A stretch of 64,000 bases of DNA from Octopus sinensis (lineage: Eukaryota). The position numbers were made by a program, and so were the translations under genes. Shown one piece after another: positions 12,731 through 24,503 of this stretch. Location of the stretch: the NCBI RefSeq assembly GCF_006345805.1, contig NC_043006.1, forward strand, positions 43,896,001-43,960,000. Reading direction: 5' to 3'. The notes below the pieces were generated by a model. The model searched no databases. It saw nothing but the letters and a program-made list of their open reading frames with translations, and was not told where the DNA came from. The stretch's first letter is position 1; every line of letters starts with the position of its first letter.

Positions 12731-13663
12731 CCACTTTATCACCCATATCCCCCACCAACTCCACCATTAACACAACTTTCTCTGTTCCCACCACCACCAA
12801 CACCTGGTTATTTGGATAGCCCTCCTGATCTGCCCCCACTTTATCACTTTTATCACACTGCTCCTCATATCAGCCTTCTCTGATCCAGCCCATTCCCCCA
12901 CCTTCATTCCAATACCAACCATTCTCATCACTGTATTCTCCCGATCCACTTCTGTCTTATACCAACAACCCCCAATTCCAGCCTTCTCAGACTTATATAT
13001 TCAAACCTCCCACAATACTACACGTCCTGACCCATCGCTATTATTACTCTTTGCACTGTTAACTCTCTTTCACTCAACCCCCTCCTTCCTTATTCATTTC
13101 AGATGGCTGACACCTCTCCTTTGCAAATGTCTTTTTTCATAATCCAGAAGAAACAAATAAAATGAAAATTTTTTTAAAGCCCAATAATGAAAGATGCATT
13201 TTTTTTTAACCAAAATGACACAAACTGTAATTAATTGTTTCAAATTTTGGCACAAAACTATCAATTTTAGGAGGAGGTTAGCCAATTACATCGACCTCAA
13301 AAGGATGAAAGGCAAAGTTGATCTCAGTGGAATTTGAACTCAGAATGAAGAAAATGCTAGAATTAATGCCACTAATCATCTTCTCCAACATGCTAATGAT
13401 TTCACCAGTTTGCAACTTTATAATGGCTTCAAATTTTGGCATGAAGGAAAGAAGTCAGTTGATTAAATCAACACCAGTGCTCAACTGGTACATCAACCTT
13501 AAAAGAACGAAAGGCAAAGCTGACTTCTGCTGAATTTGAACTCAGGACATTAAAGAGCCAAAAGGAATGTTGCTAAGCATTCTGTCTAATAGGCTGACAA
13601 TTCTGCCAGCTTGCTGCTTAAATATTTTGCTGCTGTGCTACATAGCTACAACAAACTTTTATA

Positions 13664-13895
13664 ATGTCTGGACACGGCAAAGGAAGTAAAGCAAAACTTA
13701 AGAGCAGGACTTGCTTATCTCTTGCTTGTCTATAATTCTATAATTGGCCACATCCATCATCTTCTCTGTAAGTTAAACAATGGCAAAAATATTGGCGCTA
13801 AAACCCCAGCTTACCTTGCCACTGTAACAGAATATTTGGCTGAGGTGTCGGAATTGGCAAGGAATGCTGCCATGACAACAAATAAAACAAATTGT
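13664..13895 (+). pseudogene. H2A: Decayed, 3'-truncated histone H2A pseudogene
   Basis: ATG at 13664 gives MSGHGKGSKAKLKSRTCLSLACL*F. After a frameshift it reads IGHIHHLLCKLNNGKNIGAKTPAYLATVTEYL-AEVSELARNAA, collinear with canonical H2A (GRIHRLLRKGNY..VGAGAPVYLAAV.EYLAAEVLELAGNAA). It carries a stop codon and indels. Confidence 0.85.
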
Positions 13896-15555
13896 AATGA
13901 ATGGAAGACCACAAACAAAGCTAACGGATGTCTTTGCCTGGAATGGCACAAACCATTTCAAAGAAACAGCATTCAGAGGCACATCTGTGCCGCTGCTGCT
14001 GCAACTCCCATTATATGGTCAGATGGTTAAGAATTTTACTCCACCATTTTAAGTGCCACAAAGGGCAATTTGGGCCAAGTGTTTCCCAACATAACCTTGG
14101 TACCACTTAAGCCTTGTGAGTGAAATTGCAAAGAGAGAAGCTATGCAGATGCTCCAAAGAGCTGTACATGTCCTTGTGCTAAGTGATGGAGTTAATCCCT
14201 TGCTCAGTTTCACACCACTTGATCCTTCAATGCTTTTAGTGGAACCCACCATCCTGCCGCATTGAGATCAGTTCTCAAGTCAGGGAATAAATCTAAACAT
14301 CTTCACACCTCTGCTTCTAATTGGTAGCTTTCTTGTGTCATGTCCCATCACACAATATTACAAAGATCTTGAAAGAGCCCTAAGGTGTTGATCATTCTAC
14401 TTAAGTTTAGCCATTGTAAAGAACCACTCCAATTTATAAAGGCCAACTCCATTAGATACTGCAAAAAAACCAGTCCGTTTATATTTTCCATGCCCCTCCT
14501 CACTAAATCCCAATAGCTGTTAATAAAGCAGCAGAAAATAAATGATACTTATCATTAAATAAAAGGAGCATGGTTTCCAATTAATCTTTTCTTCATTTTT
14601 GCTTGTTTTTTTTCTTTTATTTTTTAAATAAAAAAAAAACATTTCTCTTGAAAGGTTTCAAAATTACTTTGGCAGAAATCACTCAGAGAAGAAGAAAAAT
14701 ATATATAAATGTATAAAAGCAAAGAAATTAATTCCTACATTGTCGATATCTCGATGGAAACATTTATATTGAAAATTAATATTTCAGGAGTACTGAGCCG
14801 AGAGTAAACATTCTCATAGCCATCGGGTAAAAGTCAGAGATACATATACGTATACACATACACAGAAAAGTTATATAAATTGTAAGCAGAGCAGCATTAA
14901 ATGTGATCAAGAGGAATAAATTGGTAATTTTTTATAAAGAAGGAAAATGATCCTAGTCCCATTTTACAGTGAGTATTTCTGCCTAATTCTCTTTTGTGTT
15001 TGTCAATAAAGCATAGCACCATTGAAGTCAGCCATGTATTTTGTTGCCACCCAGCTATTTGCTGAATACCAGATTAGAAGAATGCAACAAAGCGCAATAC
15101 TCTCTCTCTATCTCTCTCTCACTCTGTGCTATGCATATTTTTAATCAAAAGATGAGAGTGTTGTGCATTGCACTTGTGTAAATTTACAGCCAATTAAGGC
15201 ACACACACACATAGTCTTATGTATATACTCTCATCCTTTGATTGAATACACACACATATACACAAATATACTGTACATGCATGCTTGTGAAAAGGTATTT
15301 AAAACAGTAATTAGAGAGAGAGAGAGGGAGAGAGGGAGAGGGAGAGAGAGATAGAGAAAGAGCGTGTGTGTGTGTGAGAGAGCGCACGGGCACGGCTGTG
15401 CTTGTATATGGTGAATGCATGTGTTAAACATTATCAGAAACCTTGCGGAAGAAAAGCAAAACACACTTTACATTCAAAGTGAATTCAGTTTGAAGCCAGT
15501 GGCGTCTCAACAAACTATATTCAGATAAGTTATAAATATACACCTGAAATATCAC

Positions 15556-15576
15556 CTACAAGTAGTTTGTGATGAA
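15556..15576 (-). CDS. Candidate alternative terminal exon FITNYL*
   Basis: TCTTTTGTTGCTGTATGGTTTCCCAG acceptor, phase 0, TAG stop. Confidence 0.25.
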   Translation of the reverse strand, partial: FITNYL

Positions 15577-15761
15577 CTGGGAAACCATACAGCAACAAAA
15601 GACAGTGTATGTGTGTGTGTGTGTGTGCGGAGGGGGTGTAGCTGTATGATTATGGGTGGGGTGGGTGTGTTGTTTTGCTTATTAGATTAATAGAACGTAT
15701 CTATCAGTCTCATTAATTCTGAAGAGAATTACAAATTCCCAACCCAATAAACTTGTAAGAT

Positions 15762-15794
15762 TTACAGAGAACTCTCTAGAAAAATTGAGTATAC
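15762..15794 (-). CDS. Candidate terminal exon VYSIFLESSL* (class I PDZ-ligand-like end)
   Basis: TTGTCTCTTGTGTGTGCAG acceptor; phase 0 matches the 15972/15978 donors; TAA stop at 15762-15764. Confidence 0.4.
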   Translation of the reverse strand, partial: VYSIFLESSL

Positions 15795-15971
15795 CTGCAC
15801 ACACAAGAGACAATACTTGAGAAAGAAAAGAAAAAAAAACCAGAAAAGAGAGAGAGAGAGAGAGAAAATGTCAAAACTATTATATGTTTCAAACAGAAGA
15901 AAGAAATGGCGATGAGCAGCAAAGACAAGACAGTGACAATAATGAAATGAGAATTTGCAAGATTTCTTTAC

Positions 15972-16096
15972 CTTTACCCGCCGGTTCACCAGTGTATTTT
16001 CCTCATTATCATTTCTCTCGCGTTCTTTATCTCGGCAATTATTTTCAGAGGGATGTGCAATGTTTTTCACACCTGGCAGGTCAGAAGATAATGCGT
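15972..16096 (-). CDS. Internal coding exon of an unidentified minus-strand gene: (D)ALSSDLPGVKNIAHPSENNCRDKERERNDNEENTLVNRR(VK)
   Basis: Strong acceptor TTTTTTTTGTCTTTGCAG. The frame is open (phase 1 in, phase 0 out), the sequence is non-repetitive and CpG-containing, and tandem donors GTAAAG/GTAAAG follow 15978 and 15972. Product not recognised. Confidence 0.7.
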
Positions 16097-16189
16097 CTGC
16101 AAAGACAAAAAAAACAAAAACAAATGAACATCAACACATTTAGAAGCCTTCATGAAGTCATATATAGTTATTAATACATACGTACATAC

Positions 16190-16193
16190 AAGC

Positions 16194-16225
<32 letters not shown>

Positions 16226-16433
16226 TATACATACCTATATATACACACATATATATATATACATATATATACACATATATATATATACACACACACATAT
16301 ATATACCCATATATATATACACACACACATATATATATATACCTATATATATACACCACATATATATATACCTATATATATATATACCCATATATATATA
16401 CCCATATATATATATATACACATATATATATAT

Positions 16434-16466
<33 letters not shown>

Positions 16467-16493
16467 CCCATATATATATATACACACACCCAC

Positions 16494-16566
<73 letters not shown>

Positions 16567-16585
16567 CGTACATATACATATATGA
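16190..16585. repeat. Compound (TA)n/(CA)n microsatellite just upstream of the 16096 acceptor
   Basis: Directly visible; source of several spurious YI/HT ORFs. Confidence 0.95.
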
Positions 16586-17155
16586 GAGCAACAAGGATAT
16601 ACAAAGTTTGAACTGTGAGGCAATAAATTCTGGTCAGAACATATCTTAACTTTTCCAATTTTTCTTTTCTATCCTAAGCAAAGTTTTCTCTATTTTTATA
16701 ACATTTCCCAAAATTTAATTACAACAAGAAAATTGTTAGCTAAATTGGAATACTGATGGAGTTAAATGGATCTACAGCAATAGTGAAGAACAAAAGACAA
16801 CATGGCCATCGGTTGAGATAGAAATGGAGGGGTGGAGTGTCAGATGTGTGCAGCAGGAGAGCGGAGATCTAATAACTGTCATGGTAGCTGTCTTAGATAT
16901 AAAACTACAAAGAGATTGCGGGGAACATACAACAAAACTAACATTATGGCTCTGGAAATTCCCCTCTATTTACTATAGACAATTACTCTTGCTTCCTCGC
17001 TAGTTCTCTCTCAGTGTCTCTCAAACGTTACTAAGACAATATTCTAGTTGAGCAGCTGCCAGAAAAGCGTTTCAAACATGCAATAAATAATTCATGTCAC
17101 CTATTTTTAGTAGAAATATCAAATTCAGATTTATTAGTTCACAAGATTTAAATGC

Positions 17156-17187
<32 letters not shown>

Positions 17188-17435
17188 TATACACACACAA
17201 TGCTAACAATGATACAGATAATAACAACATCAACAATAATACTAATAACAATAATTTCTTTTTGAGCAACAAAAATAATAATAATGACTTGTTTTGAACT
17301 ACAATAACAAAAAAAAGAATACAACAAAGTTAAACTTAAAAAAAAAGGAAAAAAGACAAAAAGAAAAATACAGAGGCTGCGATTCAGAAAATATATTTTA
17401 TGGAGGTTGAAAGGTATTCAAGACACTCCCCACCC

Positions 17436-17493
<58 letters not shown>

Positions 17494-17495
17494 TT
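17436..17495. repeat. Palindromic (AAT)n(ATT)n microsatellite
   Basis: An AAT run abuts its own reverse complement. Confidence 0.9.
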
Positions 17496-17734
17496 AAAAA
17501 GGTAAAAGTTTAAAAATTAAAATAAAAGCATCAACATCATTCAATAATTTTTCTGTTTATTTTACCATGCAGACAGAGTTGCGTGAGTGGGTTTGAATTT
17601 TTTTTTTTTTTTTTTTGTTAAGCAAAGAAAAAACAAAATTCCTTCAAAGAAATTCAAAAGAAGCTGAGGTGAAGCAATGGGTCACAAACAGAAATACATC
17701 AGAAATGTTGATATGCACCAGCCATGCACCTTAC

Positions 17735-17743
17735 CACTGGCCA
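17735..17743 (-). CDS. Candidate 9-nt microexon TGGCCAGTG (x-A-S-D in phase 1)
   Basis: TCTTCCTCCGTATCTTTGTATCTTGTAG acceptor and GTAAGG donor, with TGCATG at intron +7. The terminal G completes a GAC (Asp) codon with the AC that starts the 16096 exon. Confidence 0.65.
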
Positions 17744-18420
17744 CTACAAGATACAAAGATACGGAGGAAGACTACAACTAACTACACATGGACATCATAA
17801 TGCAATGATCAGTGACCAATTAGAAAAGGAGGTTCTTTTTTCGGTTTGTATGCATCTGTGATATTGCTCGCAGGCCATTTGTAACATCCACAGTTCACAA
17901 CAGGGAGTGTTACAAACAAATGGCATAGATAATACTTTTGATTGATTTTTTTTCTTTTTCTTAAAGAGACAAAACCGTTTTCACTTTTGAATTTAAATTA
18001 GTTTTTCCAGTAAAAAAGAACTTTACAAAGAAGGTTTTCAGATAATCTTAACCCTAACAGTTAGGAATATTATTTTACAACTTGTAATATAACAAAGAGC
18101 TAAACTATTTAACAAAGCAAGGAGGAGGTAGCTGGGCCTGTAGAAGACAAAGCATGAAATAAACTTCAATACGTTGATACCTCATTAAATAAGGTGAGAT
18201 CAAACTAAAAGGCCAAGTAAAAGACAAGGTGGTATCAAGATAAAATATCAAAGATCAATCATCATCATCAACATCATTTTAACCTCCGCTTTTCCATGCT
18301 TGCATGGGTTGGACAGAGTTTACTGAGGCGGGTTTTCTACAGCTCAATGCCCTTTTTGTTTCCAAAAACAGTAATATTTCACTCCCACCACCACCACAGC
18401 CCTAATCAACAGAATGCTTT

Positions 18421-18660
18421 TACTCTTTACACTTTCTCATTTACTCTTTTACTTCTTTCAGTCATTTGACTGCAGCCATGCTGGAGCACCGCTTTCAGTC
18501 GAACAAACCAGCCCCAGGACTTATTCTTTGTAAGTTTAGTACTTATTCTATCAGTTTCTTTTGCCAAACCGCTAAGTTACGGGGACGTAAACACACCAGC
18601 ATCAGTTGTCAAGCGATGTTGGGGGGACAAACACAGACAGACAAAAAAACACACACACAC

Positions 18661-18731
<71 letters not shown>

Positions 18732-18879
18732 GGCTTCTTCAGTTTCTGTCCACCAAATCCACTCACAAGGTTTTGGTCGGCCCGAGGCTATAGTAGAAGA
18801 CAAGTGCCACACAGTGGGACTGAACCCGGAACCATGTGGCTGGTAAGCAAGCTACTTACCACACAGCCACCCCTGTGCC
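18421..18879 (-). mobile_element. SINE family A
   Basis: Full-length homologue of 4011-4416. Confidence 0.85.
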
Positions 18880-18981
18880 TACAGAACATTCGAAATGAAT
18901 GACACTGCTTGTATGATGGTGACACTCATTTACAACTATCCCGTGATGTTAAGTCAAAGTAACACAAAAACGCACATTTAT

Positions 18982-19027
<46 letters not shown>

Positions 19028-19057
19028 ATACACACGCACTCAAACCCACAATCACAC

Positions 19058-19165
19058 CTGCAGAAAGTATTTTGACATAATGAGATACCATTCGGCGCTG
19101 ACCCAGTATGAAGAATTTGCCAACTCATAGGAATCGGGATATATGTTTGGAAATGTTGATTCACC
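19058..19165 (-). CDS. Candidate 108-nt cassette exon (phase 0: GESTFPNIYPDSYELANSSYWVSAEWYLIMSKYFLQ)
   Basis: GTTGATATGTCTTCAG acceptor and CAG|GTGTGA donor. Length is a multiple of 3, two frames are open, and the sequence is complex and CpG-containing between microsatellites. Confidence 0.45.
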
Positions 19166-19583
19166 CTGAAGACATATCAACAGGTGTAACAAATATAATG
19201 TAAGAGAAACGGAACAGGTTCAATCCCAGCTGGTAGTTTTTATTCCAGACATTTTCTTCTCTTTGCTTGTTGTTTAATCAAATGTAAACTGCAACATCCT
19301 ATTAAACCAATCATTGTTCATTGCTACCTGAAATTGTTAAGACCAGCATGAAGATAATGATCCCTTACACATCAAAGAGATGTATCTATTTCTCAGAGTG
19401 AATCACATAGATACACACACGCTCACTCTTACCCTCTCTGTCTCTCCCCTCCCATATACATACACACACACACAGAATATGTACATACATACATTACATA
19501 CATACATTACATACATACATTACATACATACATACATACATTACATACATACATACATTACACACACACATAGAATACGTACA

Positions 19584-19614
<31 letters not shown>

Positions 19615-20001
19615 CATTACATACATACATACATACATAAGAATGTACATGAATGGATGAGAATACAATGTATGCACATGTGCATTTGAGTAAAAATAGT
19701 TGTTGGTATATGACTTTGAACACGAGGGAAACCTATTCTTTATCTATTTTCTATTTATCTGTTGCAAAAACTAGATTACACAGTGAACACTGACTGTATA
19801 TAAGCATGTACGATTATGCACACACACACACACTCATACAACAGAGCTGTACATCATTACATAGGCACAGATAAAACAAAGAAATTTATGAGTGAATGCA
19901 TGTTTGTGTGAGTGTGGTGTGTGTGTGTGTATGCATGAGTATATAGAGCAGGGTATATGTATGATCACAGTCTCGTTCTTTGACATCCATTTTAACAAGC
20001 T

Positions 20002-20114
20002 TCACTGAGGAATCATGCGTAACAATATAGCAATGAAGCAGAGTGGTTTAGTTAGCTGAGTGAGTGAGTTGGAAGCTAGAAACAGCCTCCTCTTGAAACG
20101 TATCTGCGACTCTC
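20002..20114 (-). CDS. Candidate exon after a strong acceptor (phase 1: GESQIRFKRRLFLASNSLTQLTKPLCFIAILLRMIPQ*)
   Basis: TTTTCCTTTTCTTTTATGTTTAG acceptor. There is no strong donor, so the 3' extent is uncertain. Confidence 0.3.
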
Positions 20115-20370
20115 CTAAACATAAAAGAAAAGGAAAACTGCAGTTGATGACAACAGCTACCCAGAGAATAAACGAATCGCTAGCTTCAAACAGGATTTTA
20201 ACAAGTGTTCTTCTGGTGAGTGAATGTGTGAGGTTTAATATTTTAGCCGTAACCCAGGTCTTCTTTTGACATATATCAAATCATGCTTTTAAATTCAAAA
20301 TTTTCAGCAAAATTCTACTATTTCAAAGAAGTTTTATAGCAGTTACATCTCCGCAACACTAGATGCTGAC

Positions 20371-20387
20371 CTGGAATTCCTCGCGCA
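20371..20387 (-). CDS. Candidate 17-nt exon TGCGCGAGGAATTCCAG (x-REEFQ)
   Basis: TATTTGCAG acceptor, CAG|GTCAGC donor, CpG-rich. Confidence 0.25.
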
Positions 20388-21259
20388 CTGCAAATATCTC
20401 AAGTTATTTATTGCATTGGCAATGCATGAGTGACACTACAACACATCTTTGTTCCTGATTCTAAGAGCCTAAGCCATTACAAACACATTATTGCTTCTAA
20501 TACACATGTAAAGGCAGTGAGCTGGGAGAAATGTTGGAACACCGGAAAATACATTTTGCAGTATTTCTTTTCACTCATCGCATTCTGGGTTCCAATTCCA
20601 CTGCGGCCAACTTTGCCATTCTTCCTTTTACTGTTAATAAAATAAGTAACAGTTAGGGGACAGTGGGGTCAATATAATCAATTTACTCCCCTCCCCTACA
20701 ATTCTTGACCTCGTGCAAAAATTAGAAAGAAAAAATACATAATGAGGAACAAATAGACAAAACAGCTGAGCAACCGATTGAACACCTTATAGTATTTCCT
20801 TCAATTTTGAGTTACAATCACATAAGTATATTCCTTTGCCATGCCTTTAAGTTTCATAATATGAGTAGAACAACTTAATCAAAAATACATCACTCCTACA
20901 AATTTGTAGCATTGCACCAATATAAGGATCAATTTTAAGAAAAAAAATATTATTTCTAACCCACAAAAAGACACACAAAAAAACACATAAAACAGTATTT
21001 TCTGGCTTCAACTGTTTAAGACTGGGAATGTTCTGACTGGGAAAAGAGAGACGGGCATTTGTAAACTCCAAGAAATAGGTCAATCCCCCATGAAGGAGAT
21101 TTGTCAATAAAAGAGATTTATCTTTGGTCTTTTAACCGAAATCTTTAGAGAAGCACATTGCTTTTAGGTGATTACTTAAAAAATAGAAAGGAGGTAAAAC
21201 AATGGTGCATATGTGTATATATAGATATATACATATGTATTTATATATATATACATATG

Positions 21260-21310
<51 letters not shown>

Positions 21311-21323
21311 TATATATATATAA

Positions 21324-21359
<36 letters not shown>

Positions 21360-21486
21360 GTATATATATATATGTGTGTGTGTGTGTGTATACACACACA
21401 CATATAAGCATTTAATGCAGCATTTGTTAAAACTTGCGCCTCCTGTATTGTCTTCTTTTTATGCTCGTTGCCCTCTTAATATTTAT

Positions 21487-21521
<35 letters not shown>

Positions 21522-22316
21522 CATACACACACAAACACATACATACATATATATATACATATGTGTGTATGGGAGCAGTAACCACGTGCCTATGTGTGTA
21601 TGTTAACACACATGCACAACATACACACGCATTATATTCGTCAATTTATATGCATGTAAATATGTACACTATGTAATGTGTATATATTGATATGTGTGTG
21701 TGTGTGTGTGTGTGTGAAATATCATTTAGTGAATATGGGAGTTACATGTGAGCTTGGATACTACTGTAATCAGATGGGCCTCTGTAATGTACCATGCACA
21801 ATCTGGCAACTGTTTGGATTCAAATAACAAAGCTAGTCAATGAGAGAATGCAATTATTTTCCTTTTCTTTAAAAAAGTGAACTGAAGGAGCCAGAGTTTA
21901 TCTCATTAAATGCTCTCACTGGGCACTGAATCAGGTCAGTTTTTAGCAAAGATTCATACATTAAATAAATTAGCCTTAGCTAAGTGTTTACTGTACACTG
22001 ATCCTAATGTACAACAAACACTGTATGTTTTTGCTGACAGTATTTCGTCTGCCGCTACGTTCCGAGTTCAAATTCTGCCGAGGTTGACTTTGCCTTTCAT
22101 TCTTTTCGGGGTCGGTTAAATAAGTACCAGTTACACACTGGGGTCGATGCAATTGACTTAATCCCTTTGTCTGTGCTTGTTTGTCCTCTCTATGTTTAGC
22201 CCCCTGTCGGCAATAAAGAAATATATACAGAGAGAACTGCCTCCAAAGAGTAACAGACTTTCTCGAAAATTCTCCACAAATTTTCCAATGGTGTGTGTGA
22301 AGTTTTTTTTTTTCTC

Positions 22317-22350
<34 letters not shown>

Positions 22351-22991
22351 TTCGTATAAAAATGTTTCTCTCTTCTTTTCACCAGCTTTATAATGGTTAT
22401 GTCCAGACAAGCCTTATATCAATAATAATAATAATAATGAGTCATTAAATATTCAAGAAATTACAGAGACAGGCTATTTGCATATCACATATATCATTTG
22501 ATTTGGGTTGCAATTAAGATTAGAATTGTTATCAAATTTATGGAAATATATAGGAAAGCAAGAGAGATATTTAATGAAAAAGTGACACAACAAAATCAGT
22601 ATTTTAAGTAGTTTGGACTAAATAATAAACAATGTTGAAGGTAAACATAGTTGTTAATGATAAACGTTTCAATCGATGTGTCTGAGATGAACATGGTATT
22701 GGAGCACCTGACTAAACAGATTACAGTGTTTCCTTTAATTTTAAGTTCAAATACCGACAAAGTCAAGCACACCTTTTGATAAGAGGTACAAGGACAATAA
22801 TTCATCCTGAATTATGGGGAATCAGTTGAGGAAGTGCACGGTGAAGGAGACATGAGGTGTAAAATGAAGCTGGGGGATTCTGGTTGTTTCACAGGCAATA
22901 AAAGCTTGTCATCTGTTCAGTATTTCTCACTTCTTAATACTGGTAGCAACATCCATTTCAAGTACTGTTACCCGGGCCTTTCTTTCACGCA

Positions 22992-23220
22992 TTAATCCTT
23001 TGGCATTCAAACCAGCCATATCCGGCCCAAATATTCTAGCCATTTTATGGTCGAACTGACCAGATCAGGCCTCTCATACTAACCCTACAATGTCATTCTA
23101 AAAAATTAACAATCGCATCATCAAAATTTCAAAGTTACAAGATAATGCATGGTTAATTCAAAACAATGTGAAAAAATAATCATCACATTTGACAGAGCAA
23201 TCTGGATACTGAAGGGTTAA
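22992..23220 (+). mobile_element. About 230-bp TTAA-CCCTTT piggyBac-type MITE (uninterrupted copy)
   Basis: TTAATCCTTTGGCATTCA ... GAAGGGTTAA; the family recurs at least 8 times in the window. Confidence 0.75.
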
Positions 23221-23654
23221 GAACACAGTTGGGGGGCTTGTCTTTTGGAGTTCTAAGCTGGTTGCTAATTCCCAGATTTACATCTCTTTCTTCCATGACT
23301 GATAAATTTTCCGTTTTTATTGGCGGTGGTGCAAGTAATTTTGAAGTCATCCTGTGTTTATAAAACTATGCTAAGCTACCAGTGTCAAAAAGTAAGAAAA
23401 GCAACAACTTGAAATACAGAACAATCGACAACCTTTTATTACTCGTGAGATAACCAAATTCCCCAATTTCATTTCACACCTTTAGAATCTTTTACATTCT
23501 GAGTTCAAGTTTCTGCCAAGGTCAACTTCTCCTGCTTCTAGAGCTAATAAAATAAGTAGCAGTCAAATATTTAACCATTCTCTTCCACAAAAAAACAACA
23601 ATGTGTGTGGTGATGTATCTAAGAGATGACTATTATTAATATTTTAAGGCGGCA

Positions 23655-24130
23655 AAGGCAGCAAGCTGAATCATTAGCATGCCAGGTAAAACACTTAGCA
23701 GGATTTAGTTCATCTTTAGGCTCTGAGTTCAAAATCTGCCAAGCTCAGCTTTGCTGTTCATCTTTATGGGTCAATAAAATAAGTATCAGTTGCATGCTGG
23801 GGATTGATCTATTCGACTGGCCCTCTCCCTAAAAATTTAGGGCCTTGTGCCGAGAGTAGAAAAGAACAAAATAAGTACCAGTTGCATACTGGGGTTAATC
23901 TAATCGACTGCCCCCTGCCCCCAAAAAATTTAGGATCTTGTGCCTAGAGTAGAAAAGAATAAAATAAGTACCAGTTGCATACTGCTGACAATCTAATCAA
24001 CTAGCCCCTCCCCAAAAATTTAGGGCCTTGTGCCTAGAGTAGAAAAGAACAAAATAAGTACCAGTTGAGCACTGGGGGTCAACTAGCTCCTGCTCCCAAA
24101 ATTGCTGGCTTGGTTCCAATATTTGAAAGC
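23655..24130 (+). mobile_element. SINE family B with the 3' about 90 bp tandemly repeated 3-4 times
   Basis: The unit AAAATAAGTACCAGTTGCATACTG...GAGTAGAAAAGAA starts at about 23776, 23868, 23961 and 24051. Confidence 0.8.
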
Positions 24131-24468
24131 AATATTTTAGCAGATGCCATGACATAGCTATCTGTATTTACTCTTTTAATTATCATATTTTCTTCCCAGA
24201 TGCAAAACTCCTCCTACATCAATATTAGCAGTGGAAGCATGGATATTTGATGATTTCCCATACTTGTATGACACTGAGGATTCAACCACATCTAAACCAT
24301 TACATAAGTTACAGTTATTGTTACTACTGCAAAGTACTGTTTTTTAACTATGGTTTATGCAGGGTTTTTTTCCTTTCCTTCCTTTGTCAATTAAATACGA
24401 TGAGTAAATGACAGACACTGCAATAAAAATGTTCTACTTCATTAGACACATATCCATACATAGCCCAA

Positions 24469-24503
<35 letters not shown>

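Noticed and set aside
13664-14460. macroH2A (H2A plus macro domain) interpretation
   Set aside because: The H2A part matches canonical H2A, and the downstream sequence has no macro-domain motifs in any frame.
16152-16658. Long ORFs of 160+ aa (YI/HT/VC repeats), and similar ORFs at 2922-3388, 26725-27219, 28493-28917, 42095-42438, 51013-51591 and 54759-55269
   Set aside because: They are translations of di- and trinucleotide microsatellites that lack stop codons by composition.
23776-24130. Regularly spaced direct repeats resembling a CRISPR array
   Set aside because: Eukaryotic context, 90-bp units with no unique spacers, and the units are SINE tails.
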